Source: Wallemia ichthyophaga EXF-994 (lineage: Eukaryota > Fungi > Basidiomycota). From it: DNA of 62,000 bases. The notes beneath the pieces were generated by a model. It saw only the letters and a program-made list of their open reading frames with translations, was not told where the DNA came from and did not search any database. The position numbers and the translations under genes were made by a program. The first letter of the stretch is position 1. The number at the start of each line of letters is the position of its first letter. This document shows, piece by piece, positions 43,027 to 54,446 of this stretch. The stretch lies in assembly GCF_000400465.1 (NCBI RefSeq), contig NW_008806274.1, positions 510,244-572,243 of the forward strand, in the 5' to 3' direction.

Positions 43027-43740
43027 TTACTTCTGCACACCCTCGTGGATAGCTTTGAGGAACTCATCGCCGAGCTTCTTAGCACTGGCAGGGTTCTGGC
43101 CTGAAATATACACACCATTGGCGTTCTTGTCGACAATGACACATTCGCCCCATGGCTGGTCAGCCTTGACGTAGACACCGCCGTGTCTCTTGATGTGATC
43201 CTCTGGTGTCTCAGAGATGCTCTGGACCTTGCCGACCATTTCTTCCTCGGTGTTGGAGAAGGCGGTTGCTTGTCTACCCTTGTAGATGGACTCGCTGTGC
43301 TTATCGACGACGTTGCCGAGGACACCACCTGCGTGGCACACAGCAGCTACTGGCTTGCCTGCTTGGTAGATACGGCTGATGACGCGCTGTGCGTCGTTGT
43401 CCTTGATAAGGTCGATCGATGGACCGTGACCACCTGGAAGGAAAACAGCGTCATACTCGGCAGGGTTAATTTGGGAGAGAGGGACGTTGTTCTGGTACTT
43501 GTCTGCGCGGTCCTTGAGGAAAGACATGGATTCAATGTCATCCTTGAACATAGCGATAGATCCTGGATCAATCACTGAGTGTCCTGTTGGTGAAGCGAAT
43601 GTAATGTCTACGTGTTGGTGGATTGCATAGAATGGGTGGGCCAATTCACTGATGAACACACCAGTGTCTTCGCCTTTGAGTGTTTTGGTGGCGGAAGAGA
43701 GGACGATAAGAACCTTTGGAAGTGTAACTGCTGATGACAT
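43027..43740 (-). CDS. HSP31: DJ-1/PfpI family glyoxalase III/chaperone (Hsp31-like)
   Basis: KVLIVLSS, GVFISELAHPF (conserved Glu), YDAVFLPGGHG, AAVCHAG (catalytic Cys-His), SGQNPASA. Confidence 0.88.
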   Translation of the reverse strand: MSSAVTLPKVLIVLSSATKTLKGEDTGVFISELAHPFYAIHQHVDITFASPTGHSVIDPGSIAMFKDDIESMSFLKDRADKYQNNVPLSQINPAEYDAVFLPGGHGPSIDLIKDNDAQRVISRIYQAGKPVAAVCHAGGVLGNVVDKHSESIYKGRQATAFSNTEEEMVGKVQSISETPEDHIKRHGGVYVKADQPWGECVIVDKNANGVYISGQNPASAKKLGDEFLKAIHEGVQK

Positions 43741-43825
43741 TTTTTTGGATGTTAGTCGTTTGTAAACAAGGATGAGAAACGATGATTAATTTACGTGGAT
43801 TATCATAACATACGTCATACACCTA

Positions 43826-43831
43826 TTTATA
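43826..43831 (-). promoter_or_regulatory. possible TATA box of the DJ-1/Hsp31 gene
   Basis: TATAAA on the minus strand ~86 bp upstream of the ATG, in one of the wider (333 bp) divergent gaps. Confidence 0.35.
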
Positions 43832-44073
43832 AGCAATCTGAGGCATTTATTCTGTGGCAGCTGAGGTAAGATATTTGCATTTAGATATCCCTCCCTTTAC
43901 ATCCACCAGCTCCTTCTGAGTGTCGTTGAGTTATCCAAATTGTATTTGAGCAATTATAAGTGAGTGTGGGGTTAGCGTGTATCTGTACTACGCGCCCACT
44001 TAAACCCAACAAACACCTCTAGATAACTCCCCTCAATCCCTCTCACTTCCTCACTTCCTCACTTCCACCGCCC

Positions 44074-44562
44074 ATGTCTTCCAACAGCGAAAACCCAAAT
44101 ACGACGCTATACGTGCGCAATTTACCTGATAAAATTAACAAGCAAGAACTACGCCAGCAACTCTACTTTAGATTCCAATCCTACGGCCGTATCCTCGACG
44201 TCGTTGCGCTCAAAACCGACAAACTACGAGGACAGGCGTGGATAGTATTTGATGTATTATCTGCAGCTACCTCCGCAATCCGCGCTGAAAACGGCAGCAG
44301 ATTCTACAGCAAGCCTATGACAATACACTATGCAAAAACTACATCAAATGCAACAAAAATACATAGAGGCGGTGCAGGTGATATGTACAATGATGCACAG
44401 AAGAATGTACAGCGTATGACCATATCTAATGCTTCAGAAAGTAGTCTCGGTTTGAAACGTGCAAGGGAAGCCGAGGAGTTGCAAAGGAGGGACAATGATG
44501 CGGCTGCTACCTCAATAAACACCCAAGATTCCAACAAAAGAGTTAAAGTTGACTCCTCCTAG
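44074..44562 (+). CDS. single-RRM U2B''/U1A-like snRNP protein
   Basis: TLYVRNLPDKINKQELRQQLY...YGRILDVVALKTDKLRGQAWIVF...FYSKPMTIHYAKTTS; the VALKT loop is U2B''-type. Confidence 0.85.
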   Translation: MSSNSENPNTTLYVRNLPDKINKQELRQQLYFRFQSYGRILDVVALKTDKLRGQAWIVFDVLSAATSAIRAENGSRFYSKPMTIHYAKTTSNATKIHRGGAGDMYNDAQKNVQRMTISNASESSLGLKRAREAEELQRRDNDAAATSINTQDSNKRVKVDSS

Positions 44563-44673
44563 ACACACTGTACATTACGTTTAAACACGTTTATATACGT
44601 TTAGATGATAATTTATTGTAAACTAATACAAATCTTTACCAGCGACTTTCGGTGATTTGCTAATTATGGCCTC

Positions 44674-46777
44674 TCACATACACCTTTCACGCAGGCACTT
44701 GTCGAATCTACCTTCCAACGCCTCAAGTGTTGTTGCGCAATCTGGACGCACTGTTCCCTCGCCATAGAGTGGAATAGAACGGGTATCCTTTGTGTCCTCT
44801 GCGTGCTCTGTACTCTCCGGAATAACATCCTCATCAACTTGCTCCTGATTCTCTATCCCGATATTAGACGCCTGTTGCACCGCCTGGTCAGCCCCATTGC
44901 GCACCCTTCCATGCATGGTAATTGGTGTGATTGGATTTTTATCAATCATGTCCTGCCACACTGCAATAAACACTCCCGGTCCAATACCAGGCTCAGTCTT
45001 GTATCTATCGAGCAAATCATTCATCTTCTGCTTGCTGCTATTAAGTACGTTGTTTTGGTACGTGACGTGCTCATCCAACTCCTTCATAACCTTGTCTTGC
45101 GTCTGTGGGTCGAGTTGGTCAAATAGCTCTTGCAACACTCCGGAATAGTCTCCCGCTCCAGTACACTCCTCCTCTGTCACGTCCTCGCTACTAGTGCGGT
45201 ATTCATTCAGTGAATGCATATACCACGACAAGTACATGTCCTTCATTTCAGGAGCGTTCTTCACCAGATTGTGCAAAAACTTGTGCAAATTCTTCTGATG
45301 TTTGTTGAACAGATCTATGTAAGCACGTGGTCCGACCTGCTCCTTAGCTATTTTGACGAGATCGTCGATGAATATTTGAAGGTCTTCGAGCGTTTCTTTC
45401 AAATTAACAGATTTGTGTAATTTGCGAATAAGCGGTTCAAACGCATTTAATGCCTCAGTGACGCAAAGTGAAACGAGATCCGGTTTGGTATCTACAAGTG
45501 CATCTATCAAGCGATATCTGTCGCGTATTGCCAGCTGCAGTGTGAGTTGGGTGAGTAATGTTGAATGAGCCTTCTCTGATGATGGCAGATCGACTTTCTC
45601 GCGAGAAAGTATGGTTATAATGATTGATTGGTTGTTTTCTATCGTCTGACTGCGTATCTCCACCCTCTCCTCTCGTGTAGCGTGATCAACGTATTTCTGA
45701 ATAGCCTCCTTCTGCGCTGTGGTCGCACCATTCTCCGCCTCCTTCCTTTCAACGTCTGCCCACTGTTTCTGAAGGTTAGACTTATCTTTACCCAAAACAC
45801 TCGTAATGATGCTGGGATTTGTTAATAATATCATCCAATAAATAAAACACTCACGTCTGCAAGAGATTGTTGCCACTGCCTATGCCAACATAACCCAGTG
45901 GATTCCGAGACAAGAAGATTTTGAGTACGCCGGATATCATAGTGGCCGCATTAGCGACCTGAGTTGACACCCCGACGAGAGAGTACGGGAGGAGGTTGTG
46001 TATGCGCGAGATAAGCGACACTGTCGACTGTGCACACGGCGAGCGTGTAAACAAGTAGTGGAGGAAACTAGCCAAAGTAGCACTAGCGAAGGAGTGCGCG
46101 GCCTGATATAAAGAAGGAAGATCTTGTAGATTATCCGTCTTCTCGACGTACGCGATAAGATCCTCAACGTAATTACCATAAACGAGACCTTGCAAGAAGT
46201 CAGACCACGCGTTCTGTACGTCTGTTGGGTTTTGCGGATCGTAGGAGCATTCACGGGCGTCCTTGGGATACGTAGATTGATTCTTGCGTGGTAGACCACC
46301 GAGAACACCTCTCAAAGCGTATTCAGCCTGTCTTGTGTGAGTTGGGTGGTTGGGAAAATGGATAACGCACTATAACGATAATACCCTGTCCCAATATCTT
46401 GCGCTTACCGAGAAGACCTTTATCGAAGCTGTCTGAGAGGTCCTGTGAGGAATGATTGTGAGTATTTGCGAATGTTGCAGCTATCGACAGACTTGTGCAG
46501 CCAGCCTCTCGAGCAAACCCTGGGCCACCTGTTGCCAGAGCTCTGGAGAGATTGTGTTGAATCCAGGCAACGTCAACGCTAACTGTCTGAAGAGATAGTT
46601 GAGCGCAGGACTCGGCGGCTGTGGCTTATCTGCGAGCGGTTTGAAAGGGTATCCAGAGCTTGAAACGCGGCCGGGTACTTTAGTGAGAGTAAATTCGTTG
46701 AATGATTGCACATGCGTGAGTATATCAAATAGCGCCTTTAACTGAGCTCCATTTAACTCCATATTAGCCGCCGTCAT
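44674..46777 (-). CDS. PX-associated/DUF3818-like conserved fungal protein
   Basis: N-terminal LNGAQLKALFDILTH...GYPF...LTLPG; GSGNNLLQT; LQLAIRDR...EPLIRKLHKSVNL; two introns; family assignment from memory. Confidence 0.65.
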
Positions 46778-46832
46778 CGTATAGGTCAACCGACGGATAG
46801 TTTTCTTGGCAGGAGTGAATATGTGTATAAAT

Positions 46833-48021
46833 TCAAATTACAAATATAATACCAATTATCAGTGCTATTAAGGCTGTTAACGTGGCTGTGATTGAATTAG
46901 CACCGCTATCATCGTCTGTGCTATCACCATTGCTATCGGTGTTACTATCACCGCCATTATTTTTGGTAACTGAATTGTTTGACATTATTGGTAACGCCGT
47001 GTTCTCCACTTGTTTCCATTCCGCACTGTCCTCCTCGCTAAAGTCCAAATAATACAACTCACTCGTCGATGTGAGCTGTACGAGCGTATCTTGTGTACTC
47101 GCGTAATCAGCTTTCTTATCCTTCTTCGTTGGACCATCGAAAGTAGTCGTTGTATTGCTTTCTACGTCAATCAAGTAAGAATTTTCACCAGAATCTGGAA
47201 TAAACCAGAATTTAGTCTGCCATTCATTATCACTTTTGAATACTGAAGCCGTCTTTCCATGTTGTTGATTCCAATCGCCGTACTTCTGCGCCTCCGGTTG
47301 GAAATACGAGTAGTGGATAACGAATAAATGAGCTTCACCTGGATCAGCGCCAGGAACATCAATAAAGTGAAGATGATTAGATGCTAATCCGATAACAGGA
47401 TTATAGTCATCTGTAGTGAATGGAGGCTGTTCAACAACATTCCAAGTGAGAGTATCGTTTGGAATCAAAGATTCATCACCCATTTCCAACGAATAGAGAG
47501 TATCACCATCCAAACCATACCAAACATTCGTATCGTGATCTAAAACTGCTTCAAGATTATCCAAACTTGGCTTATCATCATCTGTCAATTCTGCGCTTTT
47601 CTTTGTCCATTCTTTATTATCGAAGTCGAGTATATAAACGCTATTAGGCTCACTCTTCTCCACGTTGAGGCACTTGAGGGGAGTCGTTAGGTATGTTTAC
47701 ACTAAAACAAACAATTCACTTACGTATGCACCATTATTATACTGCGATAGCCAGCAATTTGGGTTAGCTGTATCGAATGACCTTAAGTCAATGTCAACTA
47801 AACACTAAAGAAAAAGACGATGAAACATCTACATACGGTCTGTCACCTTTAGTTATGTTGTCGAATGAAGAGCTTGAATTCCAATTCTTCTTGCTACCTG
47901 CTGCAAAGTCCTTATTGGCCACACCGAGTAGGTAAAGGTTCTGATCACTGTCGAACACGACTTGTGAGTCAGCGGCGGCTGTAGCGAGCGCAGCAACGAC
48001 TGAAAGAATACCCCACTTCAT
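46833..48021 (-). CDS. secreted, probably GPI-anchored acidic cell-surface protein
   Basis: Signal peptide MKWGILSVVAALATAAA; N/S/D-rich linker; C-terminal hydrophobic SITATLTALIALIIGIIFVI after the small residues DSGA; spliced. Confidence 0.75.
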
Positions 48022-48160
48022 CTTGATTGTTTGAGCACGAGGGTCTAACGCGCGATTACTATTTTTAGTTGATTCACAGCCTAACCGCAGACCTATTCAT
48101 ATCTCGGTGAGTAAAAGTGGAATACATGAATATTTAAATATAATGCTATTATACATGTAT

Positions 48161-48923
48161 CTAATAATACGCAACACAATGAAGTAAGGGATGTGGATGT
48201 AACTCTCTTTGTCTATCAAGGATACTCTCAATATCCTCATCTAGATCATTACTACGTTCAATCTAACAAATATTCAGCATAAAATGGTCAACACACCAAA
48301 TTTAAACTCACCGCTGTTGCTAGATCGAGTATTGCTCTACCTGCTAAAAGAGCCTCTTCATGATTATCCTTAATCTCAACATTAACTACGTGTACAGGCC
48401 TATTGAAGTATGCCTCCCGATTCAATAGATCATCACAAACAGCCTCCCAACACCTCTCTTCGCATGTAATTACTATATCTGTATTTGGTGCACTATCTGA
48501 CCAGCGCTCTGGTGCAAGCTTTATCTGCCTATTCCTATCTAACATTGCCAATAAACCGTTATTAGTGTACAGTTTCCTATCTTTACTTTCTAAATCCTTA
48601 AGTATATGATTATATGGTGTACCAAACGCATAAGTATTAGGCCTGTCTATTGTTGTTCCAGGTAACCGTACTGCTGTACCTGTACCAGAAGATGTAACTT
48701 TGAAATTAGCTTTAGCCAGCACTTTATGCGCTTCCATTGATCGATTTTGATTGGATGAGCAGACTACGCAGAAAACTCTTTTCTTTGGTGAGTTTGAAGT
48801 TATTGCTGTTGCAGACGTCGTCGGTTCTAGTGATTGCTGTAGTTGCTGCTTCTGCTGCTGTTGCTGTTGCTGTATTTGCGCACTCCTCCGAGGATCCACT
48901 CTACCACGTAATCTTGGATCCAT
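48161..48923 (-). CDS. SSU72: RNA Pol II CTD phosphatase Ssu72
   Basis: [13 protein letters not shown] active site, [38 protein letters not shown]; last exon ...[12 protein letters not shown]; N-terminal polyQ. Confidence 0.95.
48835..48878 (-). repeat. CAG/CAA microsatellite encoding polyQ in Ssu72
   Basis: [15 protein letters not shown]. Confidence 0.85.
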
Positions 48924-49013
48924 TTTTCTTCTTGTCGTTCTTGTCGTTCTTAGCGTCGTAGATGATGATGAATTGGGTTAAAGAGGTGAAATGCATCTTG
49001 ATCACTTACCACC

Positions 49014-50210
49014 ATGAGCAGACATCGCTATGTTAGAAATATGAATTTAGATGGTTAGTTATTCGAATTGCCAGTTTCATTCTTAATTTCAACCTCAAAG
49101 ACGAACTCGACGACGGTGGTTTCAGCGATGAGTACGATGACGACACTCAAGATCAAGTAGTTTATGGTGTGTACTGGGTTTATTTCGCTCACTCCTACTC
49201 ATCACACACGCTGCAGAAGGTATCACAGAAGATCAACTTGATCAATTATACGCTGGTTTAGACAGCATACGCGATTCTATCCCTGATTCTACCTCCTCTG
49301 ACCGTGAAGTCAAGGACGCCTTGTGGTACTTCTACTTTGATGTTGAGAAATCCCTTAATTGGATTCTCGGTACGTCATCATCCCCTATTCAAACGCATAC
49401 AGCGCTCAATTACTTGCAGAAGAATCCTCTAGACGCGCAGACGCTCAGCGCAAAAAGAAGGAGAAAGGTGAGCTCTCTTCCCTCCCACTCGACCCGCATC
49501 CGTCCAACTATCCTACTCTTCACCTAGATGAGGCGCCTCTGTCAGCACTTAAAAGGCTTGCGATTGCACGCCAGTCAAAGTCACAGCCATCGTCGTATCA
49601 GCGCCAGCACATTCTCTTCACTGGAAGAGGCAGGGCGCGTGTACCCCTGCCTTTTGATGTAGAGAAAGCTATCCATGTGAAACCTGATAGGAAGGTGTCT
49701 ATGGTTTCTGAAAATGTTGCCGAACAACAGCGATCGCCGACATCGCCTACTGCTCCTTCTAAACCTATGTCCAAGTTGGCGGCTATGGCAGCAACTAGAA
49801 GGCAGCAACAGCAACCGCAGCAGCCTCAGCAGCCATCCACACCTACAACCTCTAAACCACACTCGCACACCTCTGATGCATCCACCAAACCGCTCTCAAA
49901 ACTACAGTCAAAAGTCCTTCAAGCACGCGCAGCTCCTCCGCCAGACCAGCCACCACCACCGCCACGCGAGCTGACTCAGGCCGAGAAACTTTTCATAGAG
50001 CTCGACACTAATATAGAGAAGAACACTCCCTCTGAAATTGGCAACGTCATTATTAAAGCAACATCAAAACCCCATGAACATCACCTAGCCTCAGAGGCTA
50101 ATTTGTGGATATCTCAAAAAGGTGCATTCGACGGACCCAGTCCAGACGATGTTGTGCTTTTGGCTCGCAAAGGCACAGCCCTCGATAGTGCAGACAGAGG
50201 CTCTTCGTAG
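49014..50210 (+). CDS. predicted Ski7-like short isoform of the HBS1 locus
   Basis: Reading through the 49468 donor continues in frame for ~247 codons with MSKLAAMAATRR, TPSEIGNVI and FDGPSPDDVVLLAR, stop at 50208-50210, AATAAA at 50261. Confidence 0.75.
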
Positions 50211-52073
50211 ACACCACATCTTTATTCCCTTACTATACCCTGTCCGACCCCCTTTATTACAATAAATATTAATAATACTCCAGAACAGAATCGCACATCC
50301 AAGCCAAACTCCAAGGCATCCACTCCCACCCCAGGCACACCTCGGAAAGAGTTTGCAAATCTCAGCAAAGATGTTAGCAATCTCAAAATCTCAGCCAACA
50401 GCACCCCGGCGCCATCGCGCCCATCAACACCACAGATTCAAGAATCGAAGAAGCTAATCCCGCGTCGAGAATTGGTAGAGAAAGTGCAGAAGACGCTCAC
50501 CAGCGACATAAGTCTGTGTGTAGTTGGGCATGTTGATGCAGGTAAATCAACTCTCCTGGGTCGACTGCTTGTCGAGCTTGGTGAAATGACAGACCGTGAA
50601 CACGAGAAAAATGCGCGTAATTCCGACAAACAAGGCAAATCTTCTTTCGCATATGCATGGGCAATGGACGATCTTGTAGAGGAGCGTGAACGAGGTGTGA
50701 CACTGGACTATGCTGTGACATCCCTGCGCACCAAGGACCGTTTACTGCATATAGTTGATACTCCAGGACATTCGCATCTTGTTCATAATATGATCTCCGG
50801 CGCGCAGCAAGCGGATGCTGCTCTGCTTATTATCGATGCTCGTCATGGCGAATTCGAGAAAGGGTTCTCGGAAAGAGGTCAGACTAGAGAGCATGCCCTG
50901 CTCGTGCGCAGCCTTGGTGTAAGGGAGCTTGGTGTGGTCGTCAATAAGATCGATGCGACAGGCTACTCACAGCAGCGGTTTGACTTCATCACAGACTCGC
51001 TTAGACCATTTCTTATCAAGAATGGTTTCAATAAGGATCGCATTCAGTTCGTTCCGTGTGCTGCTATGACAGGCGAGAATGTTACGAAACGGTCAAATGA
51101 GTCGCTTTGTGGGTGGTATAAGGGTCTTACTGTCGCTCAGGTTTTGGGTGAGTGTAGTTGTATACAGGTCTAGCCGCCCTATACTCATTGCTCACACATA
51201 CTCATTGCAGACCACCTTGAACCCCCTCAACGTCCCCTAGAAGCCGGGTTGCGTTTGCCTGTTCATAACATCTTCAAGGGCCAAACTGCAATAGCAAGTG
51301 GGGTAGGTGTCACTGGTAGATTGTGCGCTGGTGTGGTGCAGGTTGGTGAAAAGGTTAGATGCATGCCGGGAGACGAGCATGCTATTGTCAAAAGTAGGTT
51401 TGATTGAGTAGACGATTTCTTTCTAATGAACCAAAGTGATCGAGGTGGACGAGGAACCAGTGCCATACGCCGCTGCTGGTACCAATGTCACGCTGTATTT
51501 GGCGAATATTGATCCAATTCACCTGAGGTGGGTGCAAATCTTGCACAGCGTATTCCGCTCATTTGGCATAGTATTGGCTCTGTTCTTTGCTCACCAACCG
51601 ATCTTGTCCCACTAGCAACACGCTTTGTTGCACAGATTCTGCTCTTCGATACACACATCCCTATCCTACCAGGAACGACTGTGGGTAGCTATACTTGTTC
51701 CAATCCTCCTTAACACACCCCAAGTTTGAGATGTTCCTGCACTCAATCAACACTTCAGCCAGTGTGACCAAATTAATTGAAACAGTGGACAAAAATACAG
51801 GCGCTGTACTTAGATCCAAACCGAGGTTTGTTGCTTAGACATTTACTTCCTCTCCTAACACCCAGACTAAGGGTCCTCAGTGGAAATACAGCAGCACGTG
51901 TAGAAATGGCGGTTGGATCAAGCTCCCTCACATCGCAATCGGGCAGTGGAATGCCTTCTAGCAATCTCATTGCGATTGAAAAATTCAGCTCTAATAAGGA
52001 TATGGGTAGGATACTGCTCCGTCACGAAGGCGAGACAATAGCAGCTGGTATCATAATCGATCATATTCGTTAA
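49014..52073 (+). CDS. HBS1: Hbs1 translational GTPase (isoform that removes intron 49468-50283)
   Basis: MSRHRYVRNMNL, DALWYFYFDVEKSL, GHVDAGKSTLLGRLL, ERERGVT, DTPGH, VNKID, AMTGEN, GRILLRHEGETIAAG. Confidence 0.93.
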
Positions 52074-52173
52074 AACTAATGGTCTATTCATGTAGATGTA
52101 TAAGATAGGCAGTTAAATACACAAAATCTGTTCTACTTTACGTGTATGGCTCAAGCTAATAAGTCTAGACAGT

Positions 52174-53813
52174 TCAGTCGTATACATCGACGTAGTGCTC
52201 TTCGTTGACGGTGCAGCTGCAATCTTTAGGTTTCTTGCCATTGAAGAATCCCATGGAGTGCTTTTCCATACAACCCATTGTGTCTGGTATGGCAATGCCA
52301 GGGGTAGCGGTGTGACCGTAACCATTCTTGATTGTGAGCAGTCCAGCGTTCTTCTTGCCGACCAAGTCTTGGAATTGGTGAGCCTGCTCAAGTGGCAGGA
52401 TTGGATCGTAAACGTTGGCAACCAGCAAGAACTTGTTAGCAAAGTCGATGCCGCTGAAGTCGGTCAAGCGAGGCTGGTCGAATGTGCCATTGGGGTATAA
52501 TTGACACGTGAAGCCTGATTGGTATAAGTATTGGCTGTAGAAGCGCTGAGTAACTTCGTTGTAGGTGTCTTTCATTGCATTTATAGCATCGTCTACTGTG
52601 AAATCTTCTATCTGGACATCAGCGCAGTTAATAGCTTTGATTGCATCGCCTCTCGAGCTGCTAATGCCACCTTTAGGGCCATATGGAGATGGTAAAAGCG
52701 AGGCAGCCTGCTTGATTCTGCTGAATGCTGTCCCCCATGTTGGTGGTACGTAGAGTGCGCTGTAGATATCTTCAACTGCACTCGTACGAGTTGAGTAGAT
52801 AGAGTTGATAACCGGATCATTGTTGTCGTACGCCATTGCAGTAAGCGCGTCAATGTACTCCTTGGTGATACCCTGAAATGGACATTCTTCCGTCTGTTGG
52901 CAACTCTCTACCATCTTGTCAAACACGCTATCGGTCGATGTCAAGTATGACGGGATAGCATCGAGGGTATCAGTGTTTGCTCTGACGCTTGGAGACATGA
53001 TTCCATTGAGGAGGAATTTGCCGACGCGATTGGGGTGTTTCACTGCAATACCCAAACCCAAGAACGAACCATAACTTTCTGCGAACAAGTCAACAGGCGT
53101 GTTAGATGCCTCGACCAGCTTATCGAAAACGTATACCATGTCATCTGCCGAGAAGTATGTACCGAGATAGGCAATGTGGGGAGTGTTGTCAACACATGAC
53201 TGCATATATTCCCTTTCCGCGTCGTAATAGTTTTGAAGTTGTGTGCGGAAGAGTGGAGTGGTTGTTTCGTCGAGCTTTGGTGGTACATCTGGGAAATTGT
53301 TTCTGGGGCCAGAGTCACTAGTGTTGCACATGACCTTGAGACCTGATTCCCCAGATCCACGTGGATCGACGCCGACCAAGATATAATCATTTGGCACGAG
53401 CTTATACAATAAGTCAGCAGATGCTTCAATTCCGCTGGTTCCAGAGCTAGCTGATGCTATGGCGGGTCCTCCAGCGTTGAAAAGTACGTGTCTTGACTTG
53501 AGTGCATTTTCGTTGCTCTTGTTCCAAACTTTCTTTACGTAGAGCCCGAACGTTCCAATTGATGGGTCATCGTGGTCAATAGGAGTGCTGGTGAGTGTGA
53601 GCGGTTTTGACAAAGGATATTCAAGACACACTCTATAGTTGCACATTGTGCATTGTATTTGTCATTAGTTGAACAGTCTTGCCAGTTAATTGAATAATCA
53701 CGAGCCTATCAAGGTTTTGTTAGCTTGAAGTCTCACTGCAATATTAAAGCAACACTCACCAGCGCAACGGTTGTTCCCATAAGAAAGAGTGCGAGTTGAA
53801 GTAAGTGGACCAT
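52174..53813 (-). CDS. secreted alpha/beta hydrolase, TAP-like (peptidase S33 type)
   Basis: Signal peptide MVHLLQLALFLMGTTVALA; W..C...CAT; FNAGGP, GVDPRGSG, nucleophile elbow AESYG, INCAD, NVYDP, GYGH; two 5' introns. Confidence 0.8.
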
Positions 53814-54140
53814 GTTTCTATCTGTCTTGTTTATGTTCTACAAAATAGATGAAGAAAATGTACAAAGGCTTAGCGGCCGAGGTCTATGCATGAATTTGAA
53901 AATCGAAAATTTTAGGCAGGGGAGTGAAAATTCGTTAGGTCGGGCCGATAGCATCAGTTTAATTAAATGACAGATAGCAATACCTTTAAATCAACTTATA
54001 AGTAAAATTAGAGAGAAAATATTCATTATATCCACTTCCAAGGAACAAAAAGTGTACAAAGAAAATGAGCGAGTGTTAGATAAAACAAACCAATCCAGGT
54101 TCGAATTGTAAGAATGACGGCTTTTGTCCTTCCTTAGCCT

Positions 54141-54200
54141 TAACTTGTTTTAGCTTGTTTCAATTTGTTTCAAATTGTTTCGGCTTGATTCAAGGTTGTT
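54141..54200. repeat. 10-bp-period TTGTTT array in intergenic DNA
   Basis: taacTTGTTT tagcTTGTTT caatTTGTTT caaaTTGTTT cggcTTGATT caaggTTGTT. Confidence 0.8.
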
Positions 54201-54446
54201 GATTTATGAGGTATGTAGGGTAGTGTCAAGTTGAGTATCAATACGTTGGAGTTGAACAGATTATTGAAAAGAAAGGATTTCGATCGTAATTTATTGTAAA
54301 AATCTTGAGTGTTCAAGATAGTTGTATGCAAGCTCAAGTAGAGAAATTGGATGATGCAGCAAATAAGTTTTGTGGTATATATCGGAGTGCAAAAACCGAA
54401 TAATAATTATCCCCTTATTCAGTAAATCGTAAATGAAATTTGGTGT

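Noticed and set aside
54085-54100. tRNA T-loop/B-box-like GGTTCGAAT
   Set aside because: No closing CC, no A box and no cloverleaf around it
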